Part shown: positions 1 to 12,800 of the stretch, in pieces
Layout: the number at the start of each line of letters is the position of its first letter
Numbering within the stretch: the stretch's first letter is position 1
IMG/VR virus record: IMGVR_UViG_3300020439_000007
Span: 1 to 52,335 of that record
Direction: 5' to 3' (one strand)
Source of the DNA: a virus
Taxonomy: Duplodnaviria; Caudoviricetes
Length of the DNA stretch: 52,335 nucleotides
The notes under the pieces: model-generated
Told to the model about the DNA's origin: nothing
Databases searched by the model: none
What the model saw: only the letters and a program-made list of their open reading frames with translations
Program-made: the position numbers and the translations under genes

Positions 1-1
1 T

Positions 2-220
2 GATTACACTGGTTTTGGATGGGTGTTGATTCGTAAGGGCGTCTTTGAGCGTCTCGAATACCCTTGGTTTGCTCCTAAGATGCAAGTCTTTGAATCTGGT
101 GGAGTTCAAGATATGTGCGGAGAGGACGTATCGTTCTGTCTGGATGCCAAGGAAGCAGGTGTCGAAACCTGGTGCGACCCTCGTATTCGTGTTGGTCACG
201 AAAAGATGCGTATCATCTGA
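2..220 (+). CDS. C-terminal part of a GT-A fold (GT2-like) glycosyltransferase; 5' end lies outside the window
   Basis: Open frame from base 2: DYTGFGWVLIRKGVFERLEYPWF...GEDVSFCLDAKEAGVETWCDPRIRVGH. The 'G.G..LI...VFE' and 'GED..FC......G...DP...GH' motifs are typical of the phage GT2-like C-terminus. Confidence 0.7.
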   Translation, partial: DYTGFGWVLIRKGVFERLEYPWFAPKMQVFESGGVQDMCGEDVSFCLDAKEAGVETWCDPRIRVGHEKMRII

Positions 221-378
221 TGGATATCCTTTATAACATCTGTTATAATGGCGAGGTACTCCTTCAGGGAATCACTCTGGAGGAGTCCACAGAGGTCCTA
301 CAAGACCTCTCTGAACGTTATTATGAAGGAGAACCCATAAATCCTTCATTTATCTCACTTGAACCAATTCTTGATTAA
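220..378 (+). CDS. small acidic hypothetical protein (52 aa, MDILYNICYNGEVLL...)
   Basis: The ATG at 220 overlaps the TGA of the upstream gene (TGATG coupling). Same frame as ORF 115..378. Confidence 0.7.
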   Translation: MDILYNICYNGEVLLQGITLEESTEVLQDLSERYYEGEPINPSFISLEPILD

Positions 379-380
379 TT

Positions 381-527
381 ATGGCAAAAGTTAAAAAGTC
401 TATGATGGGCACTCAGTTCATCGAGTCTACCCCGAAAAAAACTCGGCAAGGAAGCGGACAGCACACCAAATACGCCGCGACATCTCGGAACTCTAAGCCA
501 AAACGTTATCGCGGACAAGGGCGTTGA
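381..527 (+). CDS. small highly basic hypothetical protein (48 aa, MAKVKKSMMGTQFIESTPKKTRQGSGQHTKYAATSRNSKPKRYRGQGR)
   Basis: Read manually (below the ORF-track cutoff). ATG lies 2 nt after the previous stop, TGA at 525-527. It fills the gap exactly. Confidence 0.7.
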   Translation: MAKVKKSMMGTQFIESTPKKTRQGSGQHTKYAATSRNSKPKRYRGQGR

Positions 528-532
528 TCATG

Positions 533-538
533 TAAATA
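533..538 (+). promoter_or_regulatory. T4-type late promoter core (TAAATA)
   Basis: Intergenic TAAATA 22 nt upstream of ATG 561. Matches the gp55-dependent -10 consensus TATAAATA. Confidence 0.55.
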
Positions 539-560
539 GTAATAGTTAAGATCTATTGCT

Positions 561-1229
561 ATGGCAGCGTTAATCTGTAACCTTCCTGCTGTTGAGGTTT
601 GGGTTCGTAAAGAATATCTTACTGATCATCAGTTTGGTCATGGTGAATTTGTTAAAGGCGTCTGGGTATCGTGTAAGTCGATGCCTGGGCGTACTTTTTA
701 TTTTGAGACATATTTACCAGAGTATGCGGCAATGTATGATAAGTTGCCTATCAGCGCGTTTCTCTCGGAGCCAGAACTTCCTGATCCTGATATGGATCTC
801 CCAAATCTACAGTTTTGGAACTGTATGGACTATGGGGTTGTATCGATTCAAAAACAATTCATTGGATCTATGGATTTTGAACTATATACTAGGGATCATG
901 GCATACAAAAGGGAACATATATCTGTACAATAGACAATTATCATCAAGATCCAGACGTTATTGACTACGCAACAAGCGAAAATCCCGCTGAACACAAGTC
1001 ACATAACCTCATTGAGTTGAACAATGGTCAATATGCACTCTATCCAAACAATAGAATGCGTATTTTTGACAATAGTTTGACTCCTGTTGAACCAAAAATG
1101 CCAGATTTCAAGGTTTCTACGGAATTTTACTCAGTCGAGAACGGTTTTGAGCGTCTTGGTATGGGTCGAGAAGACGAATATTTTTGGAAAACAGCAAAAG
1201 AGCGCGAAAACGAAGAAAATCAGGGATAG
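561..1229 (+). CDS. hypothetical protein of T4-like cyanophage type (222 aa)
   Basis: Long ORF with phage-like codon usage, preceded by a late-promoter motif. Function not recognised. Confidence 0.8.
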   Translation: MAALICNLPAVEVWVRKEYLTDHQFGHGEFVKGVWVSCKSMPGRTFYFETYLPEYAAMYDKLPISAFLSEPELPDPDMDLPNLQFWNCMDYGVVSIQKQFIGSMDFELYTRDHGIQKGTYICTIDNYHQDPDVIDYATSENPAEHKSHNLIELNNGQYALYPNNRMRIFDNSLTPVEPKMPDFKVSTEFYSVENGFERLGMGREDEYFWKTAKERENEENQG

Positions 1230-1271
1230 TAACCCCTCTAAAAGTTCCCAAATTCAACTACGGAGCAAAAA

Positions 1272-1448
1272 ATGGGCAATTATCACAAGGTCGATAAGGG
1301 AGAATTCTTCATTGAAGAGGGAATGACCCTAATTACAGAAGTTGATAGTGACAAATATCTTGATATGGCTGCAAGAAGACGCCGTGCGAAAGAAAAAGAA
1401 GAAGTTTACGCTCCAGAGACCGATTATTTGGAGCGTTTGGAGGACTGA
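1272..1448 (+). CDS. small hypothetical protein (58 aa, MGNYHKVDKGEFFIEEGMTLITEVDSDKYLD...)
   Basis: Read manually. GGAG Shine-Dalgarno at 1262-1265, ATG 1272, TGA 1446-1448. Confidence 0.7.
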   Translation: MGNYHKVDKGEFFIEEGMTLITEVDSDKYLDMAARRRRAKEKEEVYAPETDYLERLED

Positions 1449-1466
1449 AGTCGAGTAAAAGTGTAC

Positions 1467-1499
1467 TAAATAACTGAAAAGTACGCTTTTCCCTAAATA
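1467..1499 (+). promoter_or_regulatory. two TAAATA late-promoter cores flanking a GAAAAG-TACG-CTTTTC hairpin, upstream of gp25
   Basis: TAAATA at 1467-1472 and 1494-1499. A 6-bp inverted repeat spans 1476-1491. Confidence 0.5.
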
Positions 1500-1501
1500 T
1501 C

Positions 1502-1903
1502 ATGCCATTAGAGCGAGTTAGTCGCAGATTTAAAGATATAAGTCTCACGTTGAAGAGAAATCCTTTGACGAGAGACTTAATTACTTTACAAAATGAGTAT
1601 GCTATATCCCGTGCAGTACAAAATCTTGTGCTTACTATACAGGGAGAGAAGTTTTTTGACCCAGATTTTGGGTGTGCTGTCAATAGACTGTTATTTGAGA
1701 ACATTGACTTCTTTACTGCAAGAACATTAAAGGATGAAATTGAATCGGTTATTAGAGTAAATGAACCGAGAGTGGATTTGACGGAGGTAGTTGTAATTCC
1801 AAACTATGATGAAGGATTAATGGACGTTACCATTAAGTATCTCATTATAGGAATTGATGCGACAGCACAGCAGTTACAGTTCGTATTACTACCAACACGA
1901 TAA
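1502..1903 (+). CDS. gp25: baseplate wedge subunit gp25
   Basis: GPW/gp25 motifs (AI..AVQNLVLT..GEKFFDPDFG; I...EPRV) and position directly before gp6. Confidence 0.93.
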   Translation: MPLERVSRRFKDISLTLKRNPLTRDLITLQNEYAISRAVQNLVLTIQGEKFFDPDFGCAVNRLLFENIDFFTARTLKDEIESVIRVNEPRVDLTEVVVIPNYDEGLMDVTIKYLIIGIDATAQQLQFVLLPTR

Positions 1904-3811
1904 ATGTCACTAGTCAACGTCTCATCTCTAGATTTTGAAGAAATCAAAGAGTCAATAAAAAGTTACCTGAGAGCAGATGGTACTTTTACTGACTATGACT
2001 TTGAAGGGTCTAACTTTACTGTGTTGTTAGACACTTTGGCATATAACACGTATATTAGTTCCTACAACGCTAATATGCTAACCAATGAGGTGTTCCTTGA
2101 TGGAGCAACCTTAAGAGAGAACGTAGTGTCTCTAGCAAGGAATCTTGGATATATCCCCAGATCGGTTACTTCTGCAAGAGCAGTAATCAGTTTTTATCTT
2201 GATCTCACCAGTTTTGCCACAAACCCAGTATCGGTAACTCTTAAAAAGGGTATTGTTGCAACTTCTTCGGTAAACTACTCTGGAAGGAACTATGTGTTCA
2301 CTATTCCAGAAGATATTACCGTTCCTGTAAGTTCAGATACTGCTATTTTTGATGAGGTTACCATTTACGAAGGTGCATACGTTCAAAACACCTTTACAGT
2401 AGATGCAAATAATAAAAATCAGAAGTTTATCCTTCAAAATCCACGAATTGATACTGAATTGATTCGAGTTGAAGTAAGAGAGAGCAGAAATAGCAATGTA
2501 ACCAGAGTTTACAAGAAATCTGATAATTTAACGACTACAAAGGGGACGGATGATGTCTTCTTCATCAATGAAATTACTGATTCTAGATATGAACTGATCT
2601 TTGGTGATGGTAGTTTTGGAAGTAAACTTAAAAATGGAAATTACATCATTGTAACTTATATTGTTACTAATGGTGAGCGTGCTAACGGTATCAATAAGTT
2701 CTCATTTACGGGTAGATTTGTCGATAACAATGGATCACCCGTAAAGATCACTTCACCCCTCGTAGAGACGATCCAGGGCACCGCATACGGCGCTCCTATA
2801 GAGAGTGTGGAGTCAGTCAAGAAGCTTGCACCAAGGGTATATGCATCACAAAACAGAGCAGTTACTGCTAATGACTATGAAGCACTAATTCCTCAAATAT
2901 ATCCAGAAGCAGAGTCAGTATCTGTGTTTGGTGGAGAAGAATTAAGTCCACCAAAATATGGAAAAGTCTTCATCACGGTAAAACCACAAAATGGTTCATA
3001 TTTACCTAACATTGTTAAAGATAATATTAAAACTCTTCTGAGAAGATATGCCGTAGCAGGAATTATTCCAGAATTTATCGATCTCAAATATCTGTATATT
3101 GAGTACTACACTAACGTTTACTATAACCAGAACCTTGGTAATGCTGAAGGAATTAAATCTGCGGTATCTAAAAATCTTGAAAAGTATGCTGCTTCTGATG
3201 AGTTAAATAGATACGGTTCAAGGTTTAGATATAGTAAGTTCTTGAAACTGATTGACGACACATCTGTTGCAATTACTTCTAATATTACGTCCATTGCAAT
3301 TAGAAGAGATGTAAAACTTACATTAAATGTGTTTAGTGAGAATGAAATTTGCTTCGGCAACAAAATACACATTAAGAACCAAAGTGGATACAACTTTAAA
3401 ACTAGCGGAGTTCAAATTCAAGGTATAACTGGAACAGTTTACTTTAGTGATATTCCGAATTCAGATGGAACGACTGGAAATGTATTTGCATTTAAATTAA
3501 ATGCTTCTTCACAACCCATCATCGTTAGACAAAATGTTGGAATTATTGATTATGAGAAGGGTGAAATTAAGTTGAATGCCCTTAACTTTACAAATACATC
3601 GAAATTGAAGTTTGGCGACAATATTATGGAAGTATCCATAATTCCAAGATCAAATGACATCATTGGTCTCCAAGATTTGTATCTACAACTCGATACAACC
3701 ACTTCAGAAGTAACAATGGTCTCTGATGTTATCTCTTCTGGAGCAGACCTCTCAGGATCTCAATACATAGTATCATCTAGCTACTTAAACGGCGCATACG
3801 TAAGGTTATAA
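1904..3811 (+). CDS. gp6: baseplate wedge subunit gp6
   Basis: LDFEEIKESIKSYL, FTDYDFEGSN...LLDTLAYNTY, and QNRAVTANDY motifs of T4 gp6/baseplate J. 635 aa. Confidence 0.95.
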   Translation: MSLVNVSSLDFEEIKESIKSYLRADGTFTDYDFEGSNFTVLLDTLAYNTYISSYNANMLTNEVFLDGATLRENVVSLARNLGYIPRSVTSARAVISFYLDLTSFATNPVSVTLKKGIVATSSVNYSGRNYVFTIPEDITVPVSSDTAIFDEVTIYEGAYVQNTFTVDANNKNQKFILQNPRIDTELIRVEVRESRNSNVTRVYKKSDNLTTTKGTDDVFFINEITDSRYELIFGDGSFGSKLKNGNYIIVTYIVTNGERANGINKFSFTGRFVDNNGSPVKITSPLVETIQGTAYGAPIESVESVKKLAPRVYASQNRAVTANDYEALIPQIYPEAESVSVFGGEELSPPKYGKVFITVKPQNGSYLPNIVKDNIKTLLRRYAVAGIIPEFIDLKYLYIEYYTNVYYNQNLGNAEGIKSAVSKNLEKYAASDELNRYGSRFRYSKFLKLIDDTSVAITSNITSIAIRRDVKLTLNVFSENEICFGNKIHIKNQSGYNFKTSGVQIQGITGTVYFSDIPNSDGTTGNVFAFKLNASSQPIIVRQNVGIIDYEKGEIKLNALNFTNTSKLKFGDNIMEVSIIPRSNDIIGLQDLYLQLDTTTSEVTMVSDVISSGADLSGSQYIVSSSYLNGAYVRL

Positions 3812-3815
3812 AGAT

Positions 3816-6800
3816 ATGCAAAATAGAGTTCAAATCAAGAATCTCGTTCAGGACCAAGTTCCTCAGTACGTTAGAGATCAGTATCCAGAATTCATTGAGT
3901 TTTTAGTAGATTACTACAGAACTCTTGAAGATCCTGGCGGTCCTCTTGATATTATCAACAATATTGATAATTATACTGCACTTGAGCAGTTAGCAGAACT
4001 CACATATAAAACAGATTCGACAGAATCTGTTGGATATAGCACTGACATTGTTAGAGTAACAGATACTCACGGATTTCCAGATAAAAATGGTTTAATTAAA
4101 ATCAATAGTGAGTTGATTCACTATAGATCTAAGACACCTACCAGCTTTAATGGTTGTTCTAGAGGTTTTTCTGGAATTACTTCTTATTATGCATCAGAAT
4201 CAACTCCTCCCGAGTTTGAGAAGAGTTTAGTTGGTATTCATAGTAGTGGTGTAGATGTATTCAATTTGAATGCATTATTTTTAACAGAGTTATACCGAAA
4301 GTATAAGCGACAGTATGCTCCTGGATTTGATGATCTTCAGTTCTTTGAATCAATTAATGAAAAAGTTGCTGTTGCAAGGTTAAAGGACTTTTACTCAGCA
4401 AAAGGTGCAAACTCTTCGTTTGAAGTTTTGTTTAAGTTATTATATGGCGTTGATGTTGACGTTATCAAACCTAGAGACTTCCTTATTCAACCATCTGATG
4501 CTGATTACAGAATCACCAGAGACCTGGTTGTAGAGAGACTTATCGGTGATCCAGAAGAATTAGTAAACAGAACTCTTTATCAAGATCCAACTGATAAAAT
4601 TCAAAAAGCAGCGGGTACAATTACCGACGTTGAGAAGATTTTTAGAGATGGTGAAGAATATTACAGACTTAGTTTAGATTATAACCCAGAATTAGAGACT
4701 TTTGTATTTACAGTACACCCAAAAACAAGAGTAACAAATCCAGTTTCTATTGGTCAAACTTATATTGACGTAGATTCAACTCTTAGTTTTGATAATGAAG
4801 GAACTCTTGTTATTTTTGATAATGAAGTAGAATATCAAATTGAGTATGAATCTAAAAGTTCTACTCAATTCTTTGGATTATCTTCTCCAGTTGCACTGAG
4901 TCTCAATCAAAATATTACAACTCCAGACTACGCTTACGCCACTGTTGATGGTGACGAGATTAGAGTAAAAGTCACGGGAGTTCTTGGTGATCTTGAATTT
5001 AAGAAAGAGGATTCATACTATTATCAATCAGGAGATCAAATTGAGATTGTTTCTTTAGGAACAGACAGTGATGATTATAGAACAAAGAGTTGGATTATTA
5101 ACTCCACTCCAGAATATGAGATTGCTGAACTGACACAGGTTGCACTTAAGTTAAATGGTGCTGCTCAGTATAGAGTTAGGACATTTGATCCACATATCTT
5201 TACTTTAGGTGATATTGGAACTGTTACTGGCACTGACGGCAACCAGTATGACATCTTTGTGATTGCAGTTTCTGATGAGTATGAGTTTGATATAAACTTA
5301 ACTACAGTTATCAATACAACTCAAGTAAAGTATGTTATTAGAAAGGGTGTATCTAAAACTGAATCTATAAGTAACCCACAATTGAATATCATGTCTGCTA
5401 ATGTGCAGAATGTATACGTTGATGATGAAGATACTTATGTTGTAGCTTCTTCTTTACCAGATTACTACAATACACCAATTACTGTAGAAGATTTATCTGT
5501 TACCTTTAGTGGTCAATTTGATGGTGAAGACATCAACATTGGTGGAAATGCATTTACCACAGGAGATGCAATCAATTATTCATATAATAACAATATTGGA
5601 TTGGATATTCTTGAGGGACAGTATTTTGTATTTAAAGTAAATTCCTCAACAATCAGATTGGCAACATCTAGATCGAATATTAGAAGTGGAATTTTCGTTA
5701 AAGTTTTTGGAACGGTTTTCAACAATAAATTTGAGTTACTAAGATTCCAAGATAAATCTCTTCAACCACAAGATGTTATCAGAAAGTTCTCTCCACCAAA
5801 ACCTGCTGATGACCCAGAAGAGGCAGTAACAGTTCCAGGAAATGTTGGAATGTTCATAAATGGTGTTGAAATTGTTAATTATAAATCATCTGATACTCTT
5901 TATTACGGTCCAATTAAATCCATTGATGTATCTGCACCAGGAGATAGTAATTATGATGTGATCAATCCACCAATTATTACTATTGATGACAATGTTGGTA
6001 GTGGTAATACAACATTTGGATCAGGTGCTGAAGCAGTTGTCAACGTTGTAGGGTCTTTAAGTAGAATCAATATCCTCGATAAGGGTTTTGATTACGTTGA
6101 GGAACCAAAAGTTACTATATCTGGCGGTAATGGCAACTCTGCAGAGGCAAAATGTAATGTTTCAAAAGTAATACACTCAGTGTCATTTAATGCTGGTAGT
6201 CTATATGATAATTTGAACCTTACCAATAATACTATTGGTTTTTCCACTGATCATAGATTGCGTGATTTAGAAAAAGTTCTATATTCTCGACAAGATCAAG
6301 ATTCTGTTGGTGGATTAGTTGATGATAACATTTACTTTGTTAAAAGAATTGATTCAACTACAATTAAACTCCACAATACTTTAGATGATGCTATTGTTGG
6401 TTTAAATACCGTTAATTTTACGTCTTATGGAGATGGTCTTCAAAAAATAATTTCATTCAATAAGAAAAATGTTATTAGTTCTGTTGAAATTGTAAATCCA
6501 GGAGAAGGATATACAAACAAAACATTATTCTTTGAAGAAGAGAATGTAAACATCTACGATAACAAGATTGATTATCCAAATCATGGATATAACAATAGAG
6601 AAATAATTAGATTTAATAGTGAGGGAACTTTACCTGTAGGTCTCAATTCTACATCAGAATATTATGTAAGTGTTGTTGACAAGGATTCTTTTAGAGTCGC
6701 AGAGTACAGACCCGTAGGTGTTGGTAGCACATTACCTTCAGACTACAATTATATTAATAGGAGATTTATTGATTTCACTGATGGTGGAACAGGTATTCAT

Positions 6801-9800
6801 GATATCAAGTATAGACCAATCACAGTCTCTCTTGAAGCACCTATTGGAATCACAACAACATCTGGTCAAGACTTTTTTGCAAAAATTGAACCTGTATTTA
6901 CTGGAGATATTACCTCAGTATCTGTTAAGAAACCTGGTAATGGATATGGCGATGAAAATGTATTGAATTACAACAGACAACCAAATATTACATTATCTAG
7001 TGGTAGTGGAGCACAATTAAGTGTAATTGTATCTTCTGCAGGAAGAATTATTGGTGTTATTGTTAATTTTGGTGGTTCTGGATATAATTCTCCACCAGAA
7101 ATTAGAACTATTGGATCTGGTGATGGTGCAATCTTAACACCTATCATTGAAAATGGAGTTATACAAGAAGTTAGAATTATTGATGGTGGATTTGGATATA
7201 AACAGGTAGATACTGTTTTACAAGTTGTTCCAACAGGATCTGGAGCACAATTTAGAGCAAATATTGCATCATGGTCTATTAATTATATTGAAAAAATTAT
7301 TCAATCAGAAAAATTAAATCCTGATGATGGAATTATTACATCAGCTCTGAGTGCAGAAAAAGGTCTTCAGTATGTTCATGGATATGCTGGTAGAGAATTC
7401 AGACGTAAGGTTCTTGCAACATCAATTGATATTGATGGAAATACTATCTACAGAGATGATATTGAAAATGACACCAATTCTGTCCTATATCACTCTCCAA
7501 TTATTGGTTGGGCATATGATGGTCATCCGATTTATGGTCCATATGGATATGCAGATAAAGAGGGTGGTGCAGTAAAGCGTTTACAGACTAGTTACAGTCT
7601 TCAACTTCAATCAAATAGACCAGGAACTGCACAGTTCCCAGCAGGAATTTTCCGAGAAGATTTTGTCTATGTTGGTGATGGAGACTTAGATATTCATAAT
7701 GGAAGATATTGTAAGACTCCAGAGTTTCCAGACGGCGTATATGCTTACTTTGCAACAATTAACTCAACACCAGAATCTAGTGGTCCTCTGAATGGATATA
7801 AAAAACCACTATTCCCATATATTATTGGAGACTCATACAAATCAAAACCAATTAGTTACAATTTTGAAAGATTATCAAATACATTATTCTATAATGTTAA
7901 CGAAAGTGGTTGGGTTAGATATACTGGTCATTTAGGTCTCCTCAATAACTACACCAAGTATTCTGGATTCTTACAACCAGATGATTTCTCTGAAGGATTC
8001 ACTGAAATTGAGACCACCAGTCCAGGAGAACTGAGCAGATTGAATATTGTGTCTCCTGGAGATAACTATTCTCTTGCTGACCAAATCTTCTTTGATAACC
8101 GAGGCAGTGGTGGATCTGGTGCGTATGCAAGAATTACTGAACTTGGAGGAAAGTCTGTCGATAACATTCAATATAATGAATTTGTCTTAAACAATGTTCA
8201 GTTTACTCCATTTAAACAAGATGGTAGATATGTTGGATTTGGAAGCACTGCACATGGTTATAAAGATGGCGATATAGTCTCTATTCAAAACCTCAATATT
8301 TTATCAACTCAATTTAGTAGTTCTTATCCAATTGGAGTTACTACTAATACACTAGTATTGACAAATAGTGTTGGTGATGCAGCTGCTACTGGCATCGTCA
8401 CCTTCTTTAATGTGTCGGGTAATATGTCTTTCCCAACACTATCCAATAATGACATATATGAAGTTGGTTCGGAATTAGTTAAAGTTCTGAATGTTTTCCA
8501 AAATGATGGAAGAATAAGAGTTCAGCGATCAATTAACGGAACTAGCAGCATTCATACAAGTGGTGCTGAAGTTGTTGAGCAAACTAGAAAGTTAACCGTA
8601 AATACTGGATTCTCTACATCTACAGAGTATCGTTTAGACAAAACATACTATTTTGATCCAAGAGAATCAGTCATTATCTCTGCAGAAAACCTTCTTCTTT
8701 ATTCTGATCCTGTTCCCAGTGGTATTGGTACTCAGTGGAATTACTACACTGCAGGTATTGGTACAGGAACTATCAATTACTATGATTCTACTGCCCCAGA
8801 TGGAACAACGGAAGCAGCTAAAGTTGCTTTTGGTGCAACTACTGGTAGTTCTGATGCATTTGGTCTTCAGTATGAATCTGTAGGTCTTGCTGCTGATGAT
8901 TATGTTGCATCTGTATTCTTAAAAGGTGATATTGGAGGAGAGGAAGTTTATTTAATACTTGAGGATGGTCTTACGTACCACAACTCAAAAGTTACTCTAA
9001 CAAACAAATGGCAGAGGTTCTCATTCCAAACATTTACAAGTGCTGGTCAACACAGATTTAAGATTGGTACTTTTGGACCTCAGGGTCTTGTAACAAATGT
9101 TACATCAACGATATACGTTTGGGGTGCTCAAGTAGAGCAAGGTGTTCTTAGAAGCACTTATTATAGTACTCAAGGTTCTGCTTTAACTAGAAATCAGAAT
9201 AAGTCTGGACTTCTCTATATTAGCAATCCAGGATTGTCACAAGAATCTATTATTGCACCGAGATTAAATACATTCTTCCTCCCAGATCATGGATTCAAAA
9301 CCAACGATTTACTCACTTACAATGTAGGTGCTGGTGGAACAGGAGTTAGTGTAAGTATTGCTGCAACTACTTTCCCATTAGAGAACGACGATAAACTCTA
9401 CATTGCAGCATATGATGCTGACTTTATTGGTATATCTACCATGAAAGTTGGTGTTGGATCTACTGGAGGATTTGTTGGTGTTGGAACAGAACCATTAAAA
9501 CTGTTCTCGCTTAGTACTTATGGTGGTGGTGAAATTCATAGCTTCACAACAAATAATGAACTAACAATTGTTGGTGATGTTTACAAAAAGACAGCGACTG
9601 TTACAACTAAAGTAGCACATAGTTTATCTGATGGTGATCAAGTTTCTATCAATGTAGTTTCTGGTATTCAAACATCTATCAAAATTACATATGATGATGT
9701 TAATCGTCGTATGCTTGTCAATCCCAGAGAATTTATTGATTCTGCCGTTGACATTAATAGAAATACTATTACTATTCCCAACCATGGATTTAGAAATGGT

Positions 9801-12800
9801 GAGAAGGTTATTTTTAACTCATCTTCCGTTCCAGTAGGTCTAACAAACTCTGCAATTTATTATATAATCAAACTTGATGATGACACTATTTCTCTGTCAA
9901 ACTATTACTATGAAGTAATCTCATCTAATGAAAATGTTGAGATTATTAATATTCAAACCCAATCTTTTGGTAAACTAAGTTCTGTAAATCCAGAAATAAC
10001 AGGAGTTAGAGACTCTACTATTATATTTGATCTATCAGATCAAACACTTACTGCTAACTCATTGCCAGCATTCAATTTCTTCCTGTACACTGACGAAGAA
10101 CTCACTGATGAATTTTTCTTTGCAGAGAGAGAACAGGCAGAATTTGACTTTCTTGGAGATGATGCACCAGAAACCAATGCATTTAGTGTAAAAACATCAG
10201 GTGTTATTGGAGAACCTAATGCAAAATTAGAGTTGATTATTGAAGATAGTGTTCCTAATAATCTGTTCTATAATTTAGTTCCCATTGAGTATAATGGCGC
10301 TTCTATTGATAAGTTGGGCATCATTAATGATAGATTTAATATTAGAAACTCAAATAAATTATCAATTATCGATAGTGGTTACAATTTAACTACTCGTATC
10401 ACTGGTGTTACTTCTACAGGTTTTAATTATACACTTAGAGAAACTCCAGAAAGAGAATTCTATCCAGATAATGAAGCAACTCTAAAGTATTCTACCACTT
10501 CTTTGACTGCTATTGGACCTGTTGATAGAGTCCAATTGGACTCTGCTGGACGTGGTTACAGGTCACTTCCTAATGTTAGTAAAATTGTTAGTGCTGGTGG
10601 AACTGGTGCAATTTTCTTACCATCAAGTACACGTATAGGTAAAGCAGACTCTGTTGTTCTTACTGACATTGGATTTGACTATCCACCAGATAAAACTCTT
10701 CGTCCTATTGCACAATTCCCATATACTTACAAGATTGAACCTCTATCCAAGTTCCAATCTATTAAGATTGCAAATCCTGGTGTAAATTACTTTATTCCTC
10801 CACAACTAGTAGTTCTTGATGGATTTACTGGAAGAGTTAACTCAGAAGTTTCTCTTGATTATAATATTGGAGATACTGAAGTAACAATTGTAAGAAATAC
10901 TACAGGTCTTTACAATGTAACTCCAAAAATTCTTCCAATTAATAATCCAAATGGAGTTAGAATTCAAAATATTAATTTTGACAGTAATACAAAAGATGTA
11001 GTCATTGGATTTGCTGTTACTTTCAATAGTTCTGAAGACTATCCGTTTAGAGTTGGTGATAAAGTAATTGTTGAGAACACTAACACGGATACAACAGTAT
11101 CTAATCCTAAAGGATTCAACTCTGCAGATTATGGATATACTTTATTCACTTTGACAGCTGTAGACCCTGATCTTACTGGAGATAATCCAACAATTACTTA
11201 TAATTTAGCAGATAATTTAAAGTCTGGAGAACAACCAGGTAATTTTGATAGCTTTGATTCTTTTGGTACTGTAACACCAGAATCTTACTTCCCACAATTC
11301 GATATTGAATTGGAAAAAGATTCATTTAGAGCAGGTGAGGTTATTATTGCTCAAGACGATAATGTTGGTGTTGTTCAATCTTATGATTTAAGAAATGAGT
11401 ACCTTAGAGTAAGATCTAAAATTCCATTCTCTCAAGATGATTTGATTATTGGTCAATCCTCTCAGAATAAAGGTTTGATATCTTCTGTTGATGGCATTAG
11501 TTCCAAATACAAGATTGGATCAAATAGTATTACCAGAAAAGGTTGGTTGAAAGATACTGGCAAATTAAACCAGTTCTTCCAAAGAATGCATGATAATGAT
11601 TACTATCAATACTTCTCGTATTCTGTTAGATCTTCTATCAGTTTTGAAAAATGGAATCCGATTGTAAGTAATCTTAACCATACTGCAGGATTTAAGAAGT
11701 TTAGCGAACTTGTTATTGATTCATATGATCCAACAGTATCTGGTATTCAAACAGCACAAGACCTTAATACTGTTACTGCTATTTCAGATCTTACAAACAT
11801 TGTTGATCTCAATACAGTAAAAGACTTCGATATTGCTAGAGAAAAGAGTATTGATGTTAGTGGAACATTAGTATCAAACGAAGTCCTATTTAACTTACCA
11901 TTCCTTGCAAAATATCAAGAATTCATTGGTAATAGAGTTCTTACCATTGATGATTTCAGTGATCAATTTGATGGAGTTCAGAGAGGATTTGAATTATTTA
12001 CAGATACCAACCCTATTTTTGAAATTGAATTTGATGGAAGTGATATTGCCAACATTGGTGTTGGTGAAGGTACAATTAATGTCACCAATCACTATTTTGT
12101 CAGTGGTGAACTTATTGAGTACGTTCCACCAGGTAACAATAAAGCAAATTCTATTCAGATTCAAGAGACTGACTTTGGTGTTGGTATTGGAACAACAACA
12201 TTACTTCCATCTCAATTCTATGTCATTAAACAGGATAATCAGAAAGTTAGAGTCGCAACTTCTGCAACTAATGCACTTCTGTTTAATCCAATTGGTGTTG
12301 GACTGACTGGAGTTGGTATCGGTTCTACGCACATTTTTAGAGCAATTGAACCCAATAATAGACTCCTCATCACTGTTAATGGAACAATTCAATCACCAAT
12401 GGTTGGAACTGCAGTAACGACTGCATTGTCTGCAAATGTTGGTATTGGAAGTACCGTTATCGACGTTGTAGGAATTACTTCTGTCTTCGGAGGAGACATC
12501 CTTAGAGTTAATGATGAGGTAATGCTCATTGCTGCATCCGATAGTACAAATAATACTTTAACAGTTAGAAGAGGGTGGATGGGATCTACTGAAGCATCCC
12601 ATAGTTCTTCTGACGTATTAACAAAGCAGTCTGGTAATTATGCTGTTGTTCGCAATACTCTTCACTTTATTGAAGGTCCATGGGGCAATCTTCCTGTTGG
12701 TTTAGGTACTACAGCACAAGATGCTGGTGATGCGGATTACACTGGTTTAACAACAAGTTCCAGATTTAGTGGTCGTATCTTCCTGAGATCTGCACTTAAC

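Noticed and set aside
115-219. Upstream extension of ORF 115..378
   Set aside because: It overlaps the glycosyltransferase. The coupled ATG at 220 is more plausible.
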